A stretch of 64,000 nucleotides of DNA from Microbacterium sp. (GTDB lineage Bacteria; Actinomycetota; Actinomycetes; Actinomycetales; Microbacteriaceae): positions 68,199 to 132,198 of the forward strand of contig NZ_JBIQHX010000004.1 of the NCBI RefSeq assembly GCF_044508325.1, given 5' to 3'. A program made the translations under genes and the position numbers. Every line of letters begins with the position of its first letter. Within the stretch, counting starts at the first letter, position 1. The notes beneath the pieces were generated by a model. The model did no database searches and had not been told where the DNA came from. It saw nothing but the letters and a program-made list of their open reading frames with translations. This document shows positions 34,360 to 43,575 of the stretch, in pieces.

Positions 34360-35211
34360 TCACGGCAGGCGCTTGGGGCGGATGACGCGGCCCGGCGCCG
34401 TGTTCGTCGAGCGGGCCGGCACCGGCCAGGGGGCGGGCTGCGGATTCGGCTCCTCGCGGGGCTCCGGCTCCGGCTGCGCATCCGAGCGCACCGGGACCGA
34501 GCCGGTCGTGAGCTCGAGCGCGACCTTCTGCTCGAGCACCTCGATAGCGCCGTCCGACAGCGAGATGAGCCCGTCGAGCTCCTGCCGTACGCGGCGATAG
34601 GCGACCTGGCGCTCGGCCGGGGTCGCGGCCTGGTCGATCGCGACGGTCAGCAGCTGCTTGGCGGTGTCGAGACGCTTTCGCTCGTCCTCGCTGAACGACG
34701 AGTCCCGGAGGCGCCGCGCGTCGCGCTCGGCGACGTCGAACGCGACTTCGAAGTCGGTCACCGCGTCGCGGTACTCGGCCAGTTGCTCGGCGGAGACCTT
34801 CGCCTTCGCCGAATCGGGGCGGAGGTTGTCCGCCTTCTTCTTCGCGCGCAGGAATGCGGCCGTCAGTGGCTGGCGTCCGTCGCTCATCGCCGGGAACGCG
34901 ATGAGCTTCGCGACATCCAGCTCGTAGTCCAGCCAGCGATGGGTCACCGCGTCGTGCGCGGCGAAGAGACGCTCCAGCTGCTGCGCCTGCGATTCGGGCT
35001 TCGCGGACGCGAGGGATGCCGCGCCGCCCGGATTCGCCCGTGCCGCCGCCTGCGCGGCCTTCAGCTCGCCTTTCGCCCTGATGATCTCCAGACGCCGCCG
35101 GTGCCGGCGCTCCAGCGCCTTCTGCCAGGCGCGCCCGAGACCCCCCAACATGCCCATGATGGGGAAGATGAGCCACCAGAAATGGCCCAGCCACTCGAAG
35201 AAGGGCTGCAC
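34360..35211 (-). CDS. Membrane-anchored hypothetical protein, paralog A
   Basis: GTG start 6 nt after TACGAT; FWWLIFPIMGMLGG TM; AAHDAVTHRWLDYELDVAKLIAFPAMSD domain. Confidence 0.82.
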   Translation of the reverse strand: MQPFFEWLGHFWWLIFPIMGMLGGLGRAWQKALERRHRRRLEIIRAKGELKAAQAAARANPGGAASLASAKPESQAQQLERLFAAHDAVTHRWLDYELDVAKLIAFPAMSDGRQPLTAAFLRAKKKADNLRPDSAKAKVSAEQLAEYRDAVTDFEVAFDVAERDARRLRDSSFSEDERKRLDTAKQLLTVAIDQAATPAERQVAYRRVRQELDGLISLSDGAIEVLEQKVALELTTGSVPVRSDAQPEPEPREEPNPQPAPWPVPARSTNTAPGRVIRPKRLP

Positions 35212-35259
35212 CCTGCCATCGTAACCGCCCGGATTCGGGCGGTTTAGCATGGCAGGGTG
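35209..35259. promoter_or_regulatory. Palindromic bidirectional promoter region
   Basis: Outer IR CACCCTGCCAT/ATGGCAGGGTG and inner IR AACCGCCCG/CGGGCGGTT. Each strand reads TANNNT-GGCAGG-GTG. Confidence 0.8.
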
Positions 35260-35937
35260 GAGACGGTCCTGCTGGTGCTCGCGGGCTGGTGGTGGGTCGC
35301 GCCGGCGGCCGCAGGCGCCGGCGCCGCCACCTATGCCGGACTCACCGCGAAGAGCCGCCGCGCTCGCCGGCTCGAGCTCGACGCTGCCCGGCACGAAGAG
35401 GCCGAGGCGTATCGCGCGCTCATGCACGCCCGCGCCCTCGTGCGCACCGTCCGAGCCGAGCACCTGGCGGTGCGCGCACGCACCGGGATGCTCTCCTCGG
35501 AGACGCTGGAGGCCAAGCGTCGCCTGCAGCTGGCCAAGCGAGCGCACAAGTCCGCGGTGCTGGAGCTGCGGGCGACGCGCGCCCGGGTTCGGGCGGCCGC
35601 GGAGCAGTACAGCATCTCGTCGCGCACCGATCCGCTGCCGCTGCAGAAGGTGCTGGCGGCGCACGACGCGGTCACCGCGCAGTGGCTTCCCTACGAGGTG
35701 GATGCCGCCAAGGCGCTCGAATATCCCGCGATGACCGATGCCCGCCACCCCGCGACGCTGGCGTTCCTGCGGGCGCAGCGCGAGGCGCAGCGGCTGCGGC
35801 CGTCCACGGACGAGCGCGTCAGTCCGCAGCGGTTCATCGAGTACCGCACGGCGGTGCGCGTGCTGGAGGCGGCCTTCGCGGAGGCCGAGCGCCGCCACGG
35901 GGAGGGCGTCAGCCGAACAGGAGCGCGAAGACCGTGA
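35257..35937 (+). CDS. Membrane-anchored hypothetical protein, paralog B
   Basis: GTG start 6 nt after TAGCAT; LLVLAGWWWVAPAAAG TM; AAHDAVTAQWLPYEVDAAKALEYPAMTD domain. Confidence 0.82.
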   Translation: METVLLVLAGWWWVAPAAAGAGAATYAGLTAKSRRARRLELDAARHEEAEAYRALMHARALVRTVRAEHLAVRARTGMLSSETLEAKRRLQLAKRAHKSAVLELRATRARVRAAAEQYSISSRTDPLPLQKVLAAHDAVTAQWLPYEVDAAKALEYPAMTDARHPATLAFLRAQREAQRLRPSTDERVSPQRFIEYRTAVRVLEAAFAEAERRHGEGVSRTGARRP

Positions 35938-36031
35938 ATCCGCCGCCGACGAGGATGAGCGCGATGATGGTCACCCAGGCCGTCACCTTGATGCGGCGCT
36001 GCCGAGCGGTGCCGTACTCCTCGTCGGTCAT
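35909..36031 (-). CDS. 40-aa single-TM small protein
   Basis: Manual translation MTDEEYGTARQRRIKVTAWVTIIALILVGGGFTVFALLFG; lies directly after purL; below the ORF-track length cutoff. Confidence 0.65.
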   Translation of the reverse strand: MTDEEYGTARQRRIKVTAWVTIIALILVGGGFTVFALLFG

Positions 36032-36040
36032 GTGCCGATT

Positions 36041-38392
36041 CTAGGCACGCGGCACGGTCGCGCCGAACGCGGCGGGCAGCGTGTCCGCCGATGCGGACCG
36101 CAGCTCGTCGAGGGAGACGGTGAACAGGCCCTGCACCTCGAGCTCGTGCTCGCCGGCGGGGGAGGCGTCGGTCACGCCGATGCGCAGCACCGGGTAGCCG
36201 CGGCCGTCGCAGAGGCCGCGGAAGCGGACGTCGTCCTCGCGGGGCACCGAGACCAGGACCCGTCCGGTCGACTCCGAGAACAGGGCGGCCGCGGCATCCA
36301 CCCCGTCGCGATCCATGAGCTCGTCGAGCCAGACGCGGGCGCCGACGCCGAACCGCAGCACGCAGTCCGCGAGCGCCTGGGCGAGGCCTCCGTCGGCGAG
36401 GTCGTGCGCGCTGCCCAGGAGCGACTGCTGGGATGCCGCGTGCAGCAGCTGCGCGAGCCGCTTCTCGTGTGCGAGGTCGACCTGCGGCGGCCGGCCGCCG
36501 AGGTGATCGTGGATCACCCCGGCCCAGGCCGAGCCGCTGAGCTCGGTCGAGGTCACCCCGAGCAGGTAGATGTTGTCGCCGGGATCCTGCCACCCGCTGG
36601 GCACGCGGCGGGCCACATCGTCGATGATGCCGAGGACGCCGACCACCGGCGTCGGGTGGATCGGGGTGTCGCCGGTCTGGTTGTAGAACGACACGTTGCC
36701 GCCGGTGACCGGGATGCCGAGCTCGACGCAGGCGTCAGCCAGCCCGGTCACGGCCTGCGAGAACTGCCACATCACTTCGGGGTTCTCGGGGCTGCCGAAG
36801 TTCAGGCAGTCCGTGACGGCTGCCGGAACCGCCCCGGTGACGGCGACGTTGCGGTACGCCTCGGCCAGCGCCAGCTGTGCGCCGGCGTACGGATCGAGCT
36901 GACAGAACCGGCCGTTCGCGTCCGTGGCGATGGCGAAGCCCAGCCCCGACTGCTCGTCGACCCGGATCATGCCCGCGTCGTCGGGGAAGGCGAGGGCGGT
37001 GTTGCCCATGACGTAGTAGTCGTACTGGTCGGTCACCCACGACTTGTCGGCGAGGTTCGGGCTCGCCACCAGCCGCAGGAACTGCTCGCGCAGCACCTCC
37101 GGATCGGTCGAGCGGGGCAGGGCGCTCGCCGAATCGTCCTGCAGCGCGTCGAGCCAGGCGGGGTAGGCGATGGGACGCTCGTACACCGGGCCGTCCACGG
37201 CGACCGTGGCGGGGTCGACGTTGACGATCTCCTCGCCGTGCCAGAAGATCTGCAGGCGGCCGTCTCCGGTGACCTCGCCGAGCACCGAAGTCTCGACCTC
37301 CCACTTCCGCGTCACCGCGAGGAACGCGTCGAGCTTGTCGGGCGCGACGATGGCCATCATCCGCTCCTGGCTCTCGCTCATGAGGATCTCCTCCGGCGTG
37401 AGCGTGGGGTCGCGCAGCAGCACCCGGTCGAGCTCGACGCGCATGCCCGAGCCGCCGTTGGCGGCCAGCTCGCTCGTCGCGCACGAGATACCCGCCGCGC
37501 CCAGATCCTGAATGGCCTCGACGAGGTCGCCGCGGTACAGCTCCAGGCAGCACTCGATGAGCACCTTCTCGGCGAACGGGTCGCCCACCTGCACCGCCGG
37601 CCGCTTGGTGGGTTTGGCGGTGCCGACGGCGCCGTCGGTCCCTGAGCCCGTCGAAGGGTCGGCGAAGGTGTCGGAGGCGAGGATGCTCGCTCCGCCGATG
37701 CCGTCGCCTCCGGTGCGGGCGCCGAACAGCACGACCTTGTTGCCCGCGCCGGACGCGTTCGCGAGCTTCAGGTCTTCGTGGCGCAGCACGCCCACGGCGA
37801 GGGCGTTCACGAGCGGGTTGCTCTGATACACCGGATCGAACACCGTCTCGCCGCCGATGTTGGGCAGGCCCAGGCAGTTGCCGTAGAACGAGATGCCGCT
37901 GACCACGCCGTGCACCACCCGCGCCGTGTCGGGGTGGTCGATCGCGCCGAAGCGCAGCTGGTCCATGACGGCGACCGGACGAGCGCCCATCGAGATGATG
38001 TCGCGCACGATGCCGCCCACGCCGGTGGCCGCACCCTGGAACGGCTCGATGTAGCTCGGGTGATTGTGGGACTCGACCTTGAACGTCACCGCCCAGCCCT
38101 CGCCGACATCCACGACGCCGGCGTTCTGGCCCATGCCGACCATGAGACGCTCGCGCATGCGGTCGGTCATCTTCTGCCCGAACTGGCGCAGGTGGATCTT
38201 GCTGGACTTGTACGAGCAGTGCTCGCTCCACATCACCGAGTACATCGCCAGCTCACCGCTGGTCGGGCGGCGGCCGAGGATGCTCTTGATCTCGGCGTAC
38301 TCCTCGGGCCGCAGCCCCAGCGCCGCGAAAGGCTGCTCCCGGTCGGGGGTCGCGATGGCGTTCTCGACGGTGTCGGCAACGGGGGTGTTCAC
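36041..38392 (-). CDS. purL: Phosphoribosylformylglycinamidine synthase subunit PurL
   Basis: [53 protein letters not shown]. Confidence 0.98.
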   Translation of the reverse strand: MNTPVADTVENAIATPDREQPFAALGLRPEEYAEIKSILGRRPTSGELAMYSVMWSEHCSYKSSKIHLRQFGQKMTDRMRERLMVGMGQNAGVVDVGEGWAVTFKVESHNHPSYIEPFQGAATGVGGIVRDIISMGARPVAVMDQLRFGAIDHPDTARVVHGVVSGISFYGNCLGLPNIGGETVFDPVYQSNPLVNALAVGVLRHEDLKLANASGAGNKVVLFGARTGGDGIGGASILASDTFADPSTGSGTDGAVGTAKPTKRPAVQVGDPFAEKVLIECCLELYRGDLVEAIQDLGAAGISCATSELAANGGSGMRVELDRVLLRDPTLTPEEILMSESQERMMAIVAPDKLDAFLAVTRKWEVETSVLGEVTGDGRLQIFWHGEEIVNVDPATVAVDGPVYERPIAYPAWLDALQDDSASALPRSTDPEVLREQFLRLVASPNLADKSWVTDQYDYYVMGNTALAFPDDAGMIRVDEQSGLGFAIATDANGRFCQLDPYAGAQLALAEAYRNVAVTGAVPAAVTDCLNFGSPENPEVMWQFSQAVTGLADACVELGIPVTGGNVSFYNQTGDTPIHPTPVVGVLGIIDDVARRVPSGWQDPGDNIYLLGVTSTELSGSAWAGVIHDHLGGRPPQVDLAHEKRLAQLLHAASQQSLLGSAHDLADGGLAQALADCVLRFGVGARVWLDELMDRDGVDAAAALFSESTGRVLVSVPREDDVRFRGLCDGRGYPVLRIGVTDASPAGEHELEVQGLFTVSLDELRSASADTLPAAFGATVPRA
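37640..37658. repeat. REP-like element inserted in frame in purL
   Basis: CCCTGAGCCCGTCGAAGGG encodes PSTGSG on the coding strand; 15/19 identical to 21758-21776. Confidence 0.65.
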
Positions 38393-38469
38393 GCGGGGGG
38401 ACTCCAAGTCTCGGGGCTCTGCCAGTCTATCCGCGCCGATCCGGCGCGACCGGCGTACTGTCTGGTCTC

Positions 38470-38829
38470 ATGGCCGCCGCATCCGATCCCCGCAAGCGCC
38501 TTCGCGAGCGCGCCGCCGAGCTCGACGAGATGCTCGCCCGGCTCGACCTCGACGCGGAGGCCGTGCGCGCCGACCGGGCCGACGGCACCGCCGACGACGA
38601 GCACGATCCGGAGGGTGTCACCCTGTCGGGGGAGTGGCAGCGTCTGGACGCGGTGCGCCGCGGCGTGCTCGCCGAGCGCACGGAGCTCGCCGAGGCGCTC
38701 GCCAGGGTCGAGGACGGCACGTACGGCGTCTGCGTGAGCTGCGGTCGCCGGATCCCCGTGGGCCGCCTGCGGGCCCGCCCCACCGCGACGATGTGCGTGT
38801 CCTGCGCGGAGGCCGCCGAGCGGCGCTGA
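38470..38829 (+). CDS. TraR/DksA C4-type zinc finger protein
   Basis: Acidic DDEHDPEG tip, CVSC-x17-CVSC. Confidence 0.9.
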   Translation: MAAASDPRKRLRERAAELDEMLARLDLDAEAVRADRADGTADDEHDPEGVTLSGEWQRLDAVRRGVLAERTELAEALARVEDGTYGVCVSCGRRIPVGRLRARPTATMCVSCAEAAERR

Positions 38830-38966
38830 GGAGCGTCGGGCCGGCGCGAGATCCACCTCTACCCCCCGCGACGTCGAAGCCCTATTCTGAGGCCGATTGC
38901 GCACGGTTCGCACCTGGGGACCCGGACCGCGGTCATGGCGGCGTGCGCGTGGAAAGGCGCTGTGTC

Positions 38967-40184
38967 ATGCCTGATCTCGTGACCCACCGGCCGCACCGCG
39001 TCCGCGATGACGACGGGAATGCGCGCGTCGTCGTCGAGATCGAGGACGCAGCCGCGCTCTGGTTCTCGGTGCCGCCGGACGCGGAGGAGCTGCTCAGCGA
39101 GCGTGCAGATCACGTCGCGATCGCTCTGCTTCTTCCGGCGATGCGCTACGGTCGCGACCTTCGTGTCGGGGGAGTGGTGACCGACTCTCTTCTGCATCGC
39201 CTGAATCATGACGTGCAGGCGCTGGTCCGCGACATCCATCCGGGCTATCGGCGCATCGTGGTCTCCGCCGACGAGACTGCTCCGGCAGGGCGCCCGCCGT
39301 CCGGGGTGGCGACCGGGTTCTCGGGCGGGGTCGACAGCTTCGCCACCCTGATGGAGTACGCAGCCGGTTCCGCCGTGCCGGACAGTCTGCGGGTCACGCA
39401 TCTGCTCAACAACAATGTCGGAGCGCACGGAGACGGAGGCCGAGCGCTGTGGCAGCGGCGGTTCGAGCGCCTCCGGCCCGTCGCGGACGATCTGCGGCTG
39501 CCGTTCATCCGCGTCGACAGCAACATCGAGGATCACTATCCCCGAATGGGGTTCATGCAGACGGTGGCCTTCCGAAACGCCGCTGTCGTGCACCTGCTCG
39601 GCGGAGGGATCGGTCGTTCGTATCAGGCTTCCGAAGGAGCGTTCCGCAACATCCGGATGCCGCCGCCCCACGGCGACATCGGGTTGGCCGGCGCCATGAT
39701 CTTCCCGCTGCTGTCGACGTCCGCGCTGACGATGGAGTCGACGAGTTCGGCGTCGTCTCGGATCGAGCGGACGCTCGCGCTGGTCGGATCCCCCCATGCG
39801 CGATACCTCGACGTGTGCATCGCCACCGACCCTGACGGGGACGTGAACTGCTCCTCCTGCTGGAAGTGCATGCGCACCATGCTGACCCTGGAGATCGCAT
39901 CCAGTCTCGATGACTTCGTTCCGACCGTCTTCCGTCGAGCGCCGTACGAGCGGAATCGCTGGGCGTACTACGCGCAGATCCTGTCGTCCACCGAGCCGAA
40001 CGACATCGAGCTGGTGGAGTACGGCGATCTGCACGACTGGCGATGGGGGCCGCTGTCCCACGCGCGGGCGCTGCAGCGCCGGATCGGATCCCGCCTCCTG
40101 GAGCATGCTCGCGCTGTTCGCGACCGCCTCCCTCGAAGCCGGACCATGCAGGAAGATCTTGACACGGGCCTGTCGTGGCTCTAA
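38967..40184 (+). CDS. PP-loop (AANH/QueC-like) protein with a Cys4 motif, function unknown
   Basis: GFSGGVDS PP-loop and C-x10-C-x2-C-x2-C (VCIATDPDGDVNCSSCWKC); ATG at 38967 after GGAAAGG. Confidence 0.7.
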   Translation: MPDLVTHRPHRVRDDDGNARVVVEIEDAAALWFSVPPDAEELLSERADHVAIALLLPAMRYGRDLRVGGVVTDSLLHRLNHDVQALVRDIHPGYRRIVVSADETAPAGRPPSGVATGFSGGVDSFATLMEYAAGSAVPDSLRVTHLLNNNVGAHGDGGRALWQRRFERLRPVADDLRLPFIRVDSNIEDHYPRMGFMQTVAFRNAAVVHLLGGGIGRSYQASEGAFRNIRMPPPHGDIGLAGAMIFPLLSTSALTMESTSSASSRIERTLALVGSPHARYLDVCIATDPDGDVNCSSCWKCMRTMLTLEIASSLDDFVPTVFRRAPYERNRWAYYAQILSSTEPNDIELVEYGDLHDWRWGPLSHARALQRRIGSRLLEHARAVRDRLPRSRTMQEDLDTGLSWL

Positions 40185-40204
40185 CGTACAACCAAATGGT
40201 TGTA
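40159..40204 (+). promoter_or_regulatory. Consensus sigma-A promoter with an ArsR operator
   Basis: TTGACA(40159-64)-N17-TAACGT(40182-87). Palindrome TACAACCA-AA-TGGTTGTA (40187-40204) overlaps the ATG. Confidence 0.8.
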
Positions 40205-40555
40205 GAAAGAGACCTCACCGACCCTCAGCTCACCGAGGAGGAGACCGACCGTGTCTTCCAGGCGCTCGCCGCGGCGACCAGGCGTGACATCCTGCGTCGC
40301 ACGATCGAGCGCGAGCAGTCGGTGTCGGCACTGGCCCGCGAGTACGACATGTCGTTCGCTGCCGTCCAGAAGCACGTCGCCGTGCTCGAGGCCGCGCACC
40401 TCATCGTCAAGCGGGCCGAGGGTCGTGAGCGTCTCGTTCGGGCGGATCCGGCGATGATCGCCCGTGCCCGCGCGCTGCTGGCGCGCTACGAAGACCTCTG
40501 GAGAGCGCGGATCGACCGCCTCGACGCACTGCTGTCACAGACCGAAGGAGACTGA
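40196..40555 (+). CDS. ArsR/SmtB-family regulator
   Basis: VFQALAAATRRDIL, MSFAAVQKHVAVLE. Confidence 0.9.
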   Translation: MVVERDLTDPQLTEEETDRVFQALAAATRRDILRRTIEREQSVSALAREYDMSFAAVQKHVAVLEAAHLIVKRAEGRERLVRADPAMIARARALLARYEDLWRARIDRLDALLSQTEGD

Positions 40556-40556
40556 C

Positions 40557-41543
40557 ATGCCTGTCACCGAACTGACCACCGACGCCGAGGCGCTCACCAT
40601 GACGCTCATCGCCGACGTCGACGCTCCCGTCGAGCGGCTCTGGCGCGCGTTCACCGATCCGCGTCAGCTCGAGCGCTTCTGGGGCCCGCCCGGATGGCCC
40701 GCGACCTTCACCGAGTTCGACTTCACCGTCGGCGGCCGGGCGCGCTACCACATGACCAGCCCGAAGGGCGAGCTCTCGCGCGGCGCGTGGGAGTTCGTGC
40801 GCATCGACGAGCCGCAGAGCTTCGAGGTGCTCGACACCTTCGTCGAGGCTGACGGCACGGTGTTCGAGGGCTTTCCCGCGATGCGGATGGCGTACTCGTT
40901 CGAACCCACCGAGACCGGCTCGCGGCTGCGCAACGTGACCTACTTCGCGTCGCACGAGGCGCTCGAGCAGGCCGTCGAGATGGGCGCCGTCGAGGGCTCG
41001 CAGCTGGCGATGGGCCAGCTCGACGCGGTGCTGCACGACCTGCGCGAATACGCGCAGGGCAAGGGCACCCGCACCGAGCTGCTCGACGACCAGCACGTGC
41101 GCATCACCCGTCTGATCGACGGCCCGCAGGAGCTGGTCTGGCGCGCGCACACCGAGCCGGCGCTGCTGGAGAAGTGGATGCTGGGGCCCGACGGCTGGCG
41201 GATGTCGGCGTGCGAGGTCGACGCCGTCGCCGGTGGCCGGTACCGCTACGCCTGGGAGCCGCTCGACCCGGCCGCCGGCACGGCGTTCGGCTTCGACGGC
41301 GAGGTCGTGCTGATCGAGCCGATCCGCCGCATGGTCACCACCGAGCACATGACCGACACCGACTACCCGTCGACGCTCAACGATCTGAGCCTGTACGAGG
41401 AGGACGGTGCGACGCTCGTGACGCTGCTCGTCGAGTATCCCGATCGCGAGACGCGCGATGCCGTGCTCGCGACCGGGATGACCGACGGCATGGAGGCGTC
41501 ATACGCCCGGCTCGAGGGCGTGCTCGTGTCGCTGCCGGGCTGA
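40557..41543 (+). CDS. Tandem SRPBCC (AHSA1/START-like) domain protein
   Basis: Two repeats: APVERLWRAFTDP...WGPPGW and GPQELVWRAHTEP...WMLGPDGW. Confidence 0.88.
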   Translation: MPVTELTTDAEALTMTLIADVDAPVERLWRAFTDPRQLERFWGPPGWPATFTEFDFTVGGRARYHMTSPKGELSRGAWEFVRIDEPQSFEVLDTFVEADGTVFEGFPAMRMAYSFEPTETGSRLRNVTYFASHEALEQAVEMGAVEGSQLAMGQLDAVLHDLREYAQGKGTRTELLDDQHVRITRLIDGPQELVWRAHTEPALLEKWMLGPDGWRMSACEVDAVAGGRYRYAWEPLDPAAGTAFGFDGEVVLIEPIRRMVTTEHMTDTDYPSTLNDLSLYEEDGATLVTLLVEYPDRETRDAVLATGMTDGMEASYARLEGVLVSLPG

Positions 41544-41565
41544 CGCGCGGCGCGGCCACTCCACA

Positions 41566-41654
41566 CCGTGCACGATTGCGGAGATGTGCAGAAGTGCGTT
41601 CGATTGCGCGGCAGTTCGTCCGCAATCCTGCACATCTCCGCGTTCGCGGCACGG
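41566..41654. repeat. REP/MITE-like hairpin between convergent genes
   Basis: 14-bp perfect IR GCGGAGATGTGCAG (41578-91) / CTGCACATCTCCGC (41628-41), plus outer CCGTGC/GCACGG. Confidence 0.75.
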
Positions 41655-41680
41655 GCCGACCCGGCCGGCCGCTCGGCCGC

Positions 41681-42451
41681 TCAGGCGCTGCGGCGGCGGT
41701 GGATCAGCATCGCCGCCGCATAGGCGATGACGAGGATGCCGACGCACCAGGCCAGAGCGATCCAGATCTCCGCACCGACGGCGGTGCCCGTGAACAGAGC
41801 GCGGATCGTGTCGACGATCGGCGTGACCGGCTGGTTCTCGGCGAACCAGGCGAGCGGCCCCGGCATCGACTCCGTGGGCACGAAGGCCGAGCTGAGGAAC
41901 GGCAGGAAGATGAGTGGGTACGAGAACGCGACCGCCCCGTCCATCGACTTGGCGGTCAGGCCCGGGATCACGGCGAGCCACGTGAGCGCGAGGGTGAACA
42001 GCATCAGGATGCCGGTGACGGCCAGCCATGCGCCGAGGCCCGCCCCCGTCCGGAAACCGAGCAGGAGGGCCACCCCCACCACGACCGCGAGCGAGATCAC
42101 GGTGGCCGCGATCGTGGTGAGCACGTGCGACCAGAGCACGCCGGCGCGGGCGATCGGCATGGACTGGAAGCGCTCGAAGATGCCGCTCTGCAGATCCTGG
42201 AAGAGGCGATACGCCGTATAGGAGATGCCGGACGCGATCGTGATGAGCAGGATGCCGGGCAGCAGGTAATCGACGTACGAGCCCGAGAACGAGCCGATGT
42301 CGATCGCGCCCCCGAAGACGAAGACGAAGAGCAGCATGAACGCGATCGGCATCACGGCGGTCGTGATGATCGTGTCGGGACTGCGCAGGATGCGGCGCAG
42401 CGATCGCCCGGTGAGGACGGTCGTGTCGCCGAGGACGTGTGCGGTCATCAT
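41681..42451 (-). CDS. ABC-2 type permease
   Basis: RSPDTIITTAVMP, YVDYLLPGI, GIFERFQSMPIAR, SSAFVPTESMP. Confidence 0.92.
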   Translation of the reverse strand: MMTAHVLGDTTVLTGRSLRRILRSPDTIITTAVMPIAFMLLFVFVFGGAIDIGSFSGSYVDYLLPGILLITIASGISYTAYRLFQDLQSGIFERFQSMPIARAGVLWSHVLTTIAATVISLAVVVGVALLLGFRTGAGLGAWLAVTGILMLFTLALTWLAVIPGLTAKSMDGAVAFSYPLIFLPFLSSAFVPTESMPGPLAWFAENQPVTPIVDTIRALFTGTAVGAEIWIALAWCVGILVIAYAAAMLIHRRRSA

Positions 42452-43212
42452 GCCGCCTTTCCGGTGTCGTCACCGACGATCGCGAGGAAGACCTCCTCGA
42501 GCGTCGGCTGCTTCTGGATGTACTCCGTCTCCGCAGGCGGCAGCATCGCGGTGAGCTCGGCGAGCGTGCCGTTCGCGATGATGCGACCGTCGTGCAGGAT
42601 CGCGATGCGGTCGGCGAGCTGCTCGGCCTCCTCAAGGTGCTGCGTGGTCAGCAGCACCGTCGTGCCCTTCGCGGCCAGCTCGGTGACCGCTCGCCACGCC
42701 TCGATGCGCGCCTCCGGGTCGAGGCCGGTGGTCGGCTCGTCGAGGAAGACGACCGACGGGTCGCCGATGAGACTCATGGCGATGTCGAGGCGGCGGCGCA
42801 TGCCGCCGGAGTACGTCCCGGCGCGGCGGGCCGCGGCATCCCCCAGCTCGAACCGCTGGATGAGCGCATCGGCGACCACCGCCGGATCGGTCACGTGGCG
42901 CAGCCGGCCCACCAGCACGAGGTTCTCGCGGCCGGTGAGCATCTCGTCGACGGCGGCGAACTGCCCGGTGAGACTGATCGCCTCGCGAACCTGCGCGGGC
43001 TGTTCGGCGACATCGAACCCGGCGACGACGGCCTGCCCGGCATCCGCCCGCAGCAGGGTCGAGAGGATGCGCACGAGCGTCGTCTTGCCGGCGCCGTTCG
43101 AGCCGAGCAGCGCGAAGATCGTGCCGCGCGCGACGTCGAATTCGACCCCTCGCAGCACGTGCAGGTCCCGGTAGGACTTCTCGATTCCACGGACCTGGAT
43201 CGCGGCGGTCAT
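42448..43212 (-). CDS. ABC transporter ATP-binding protein (DrrA-like)
   Basis: GSNGAGKT, YSGGMRRRLDIA, FLDEPTTGLD. Confidence 0.93.
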   Translation of the reverse strand: MTAAIQVRGIEKSYRDLHVLRGVEFDVARGTIFALLGSNGAGKTTLVRILSTLLRADAGQAVVAGFDVAEQPAQVREAISLTGQFAAVDEMLTGRENLVLVGRLRHVTDPAVVADALIQRFELGDAAARRAGTYSGGMRRRLDIAMSLIGDPSVVFLDEPTTGLDPEARIEAWRAVTELAAKGTTVLLTTQHLEEAEQLADRIAILHDGRIIANGTLAELTAMLPPAETEYIQKQPTLEEVFLAIVGDDTGKAA

Positions 43213-43574
43213 GACTGCTCCTTCTCTGCCTCATCGATCGCCGTCATCAGACGCGCGCGCTCCTTGTCGACCCACCGCTTGCCGGTGTACGACTGCGCGA
43301 ACGTCTCGGCGAAGTCGACCGGGTCGTCGCCGACGACCGCGCGCACGGGGGTGCCGTCGGCCGCAGCGCGATCCCACAGATCGACGAGGTCGCCGAACAT
43401 GGTGACGAGGGTGTCGCCGTCGGTGACACCGCCGCCGGAGTACATGAGGTACCGGTGCACGGCCTTGCCCGCGTCGCGGTAAGGCCCGGGAAGCGCCTCG
43501 AGGCGGGCCATCGCCTGTCGGTACTGCTTCTTCTGCTCGAGCGACCCGGTGAGGGTCTCGAACCATCTGGCCAT
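43209..43574 (-). CDS. DUF1048 family protein
   Basis: EQKKQYRQAMARLEALP, AADGTPVRAVVGDDPVDFAE. Confidence 0.85.
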   Translation of the reverse strand: MARWFETLTGSLEQKKQYRQAMARLEALPGPYRDAGKAVHRYLMYSGGGVTDGDTLVTMFGDLVDLWDRAAADGTPVRAVVGDDPVDFAETFAQSYTGKRWVDKERARLMTAIDEAEKEQS

Positions 43575-43575
43575 T

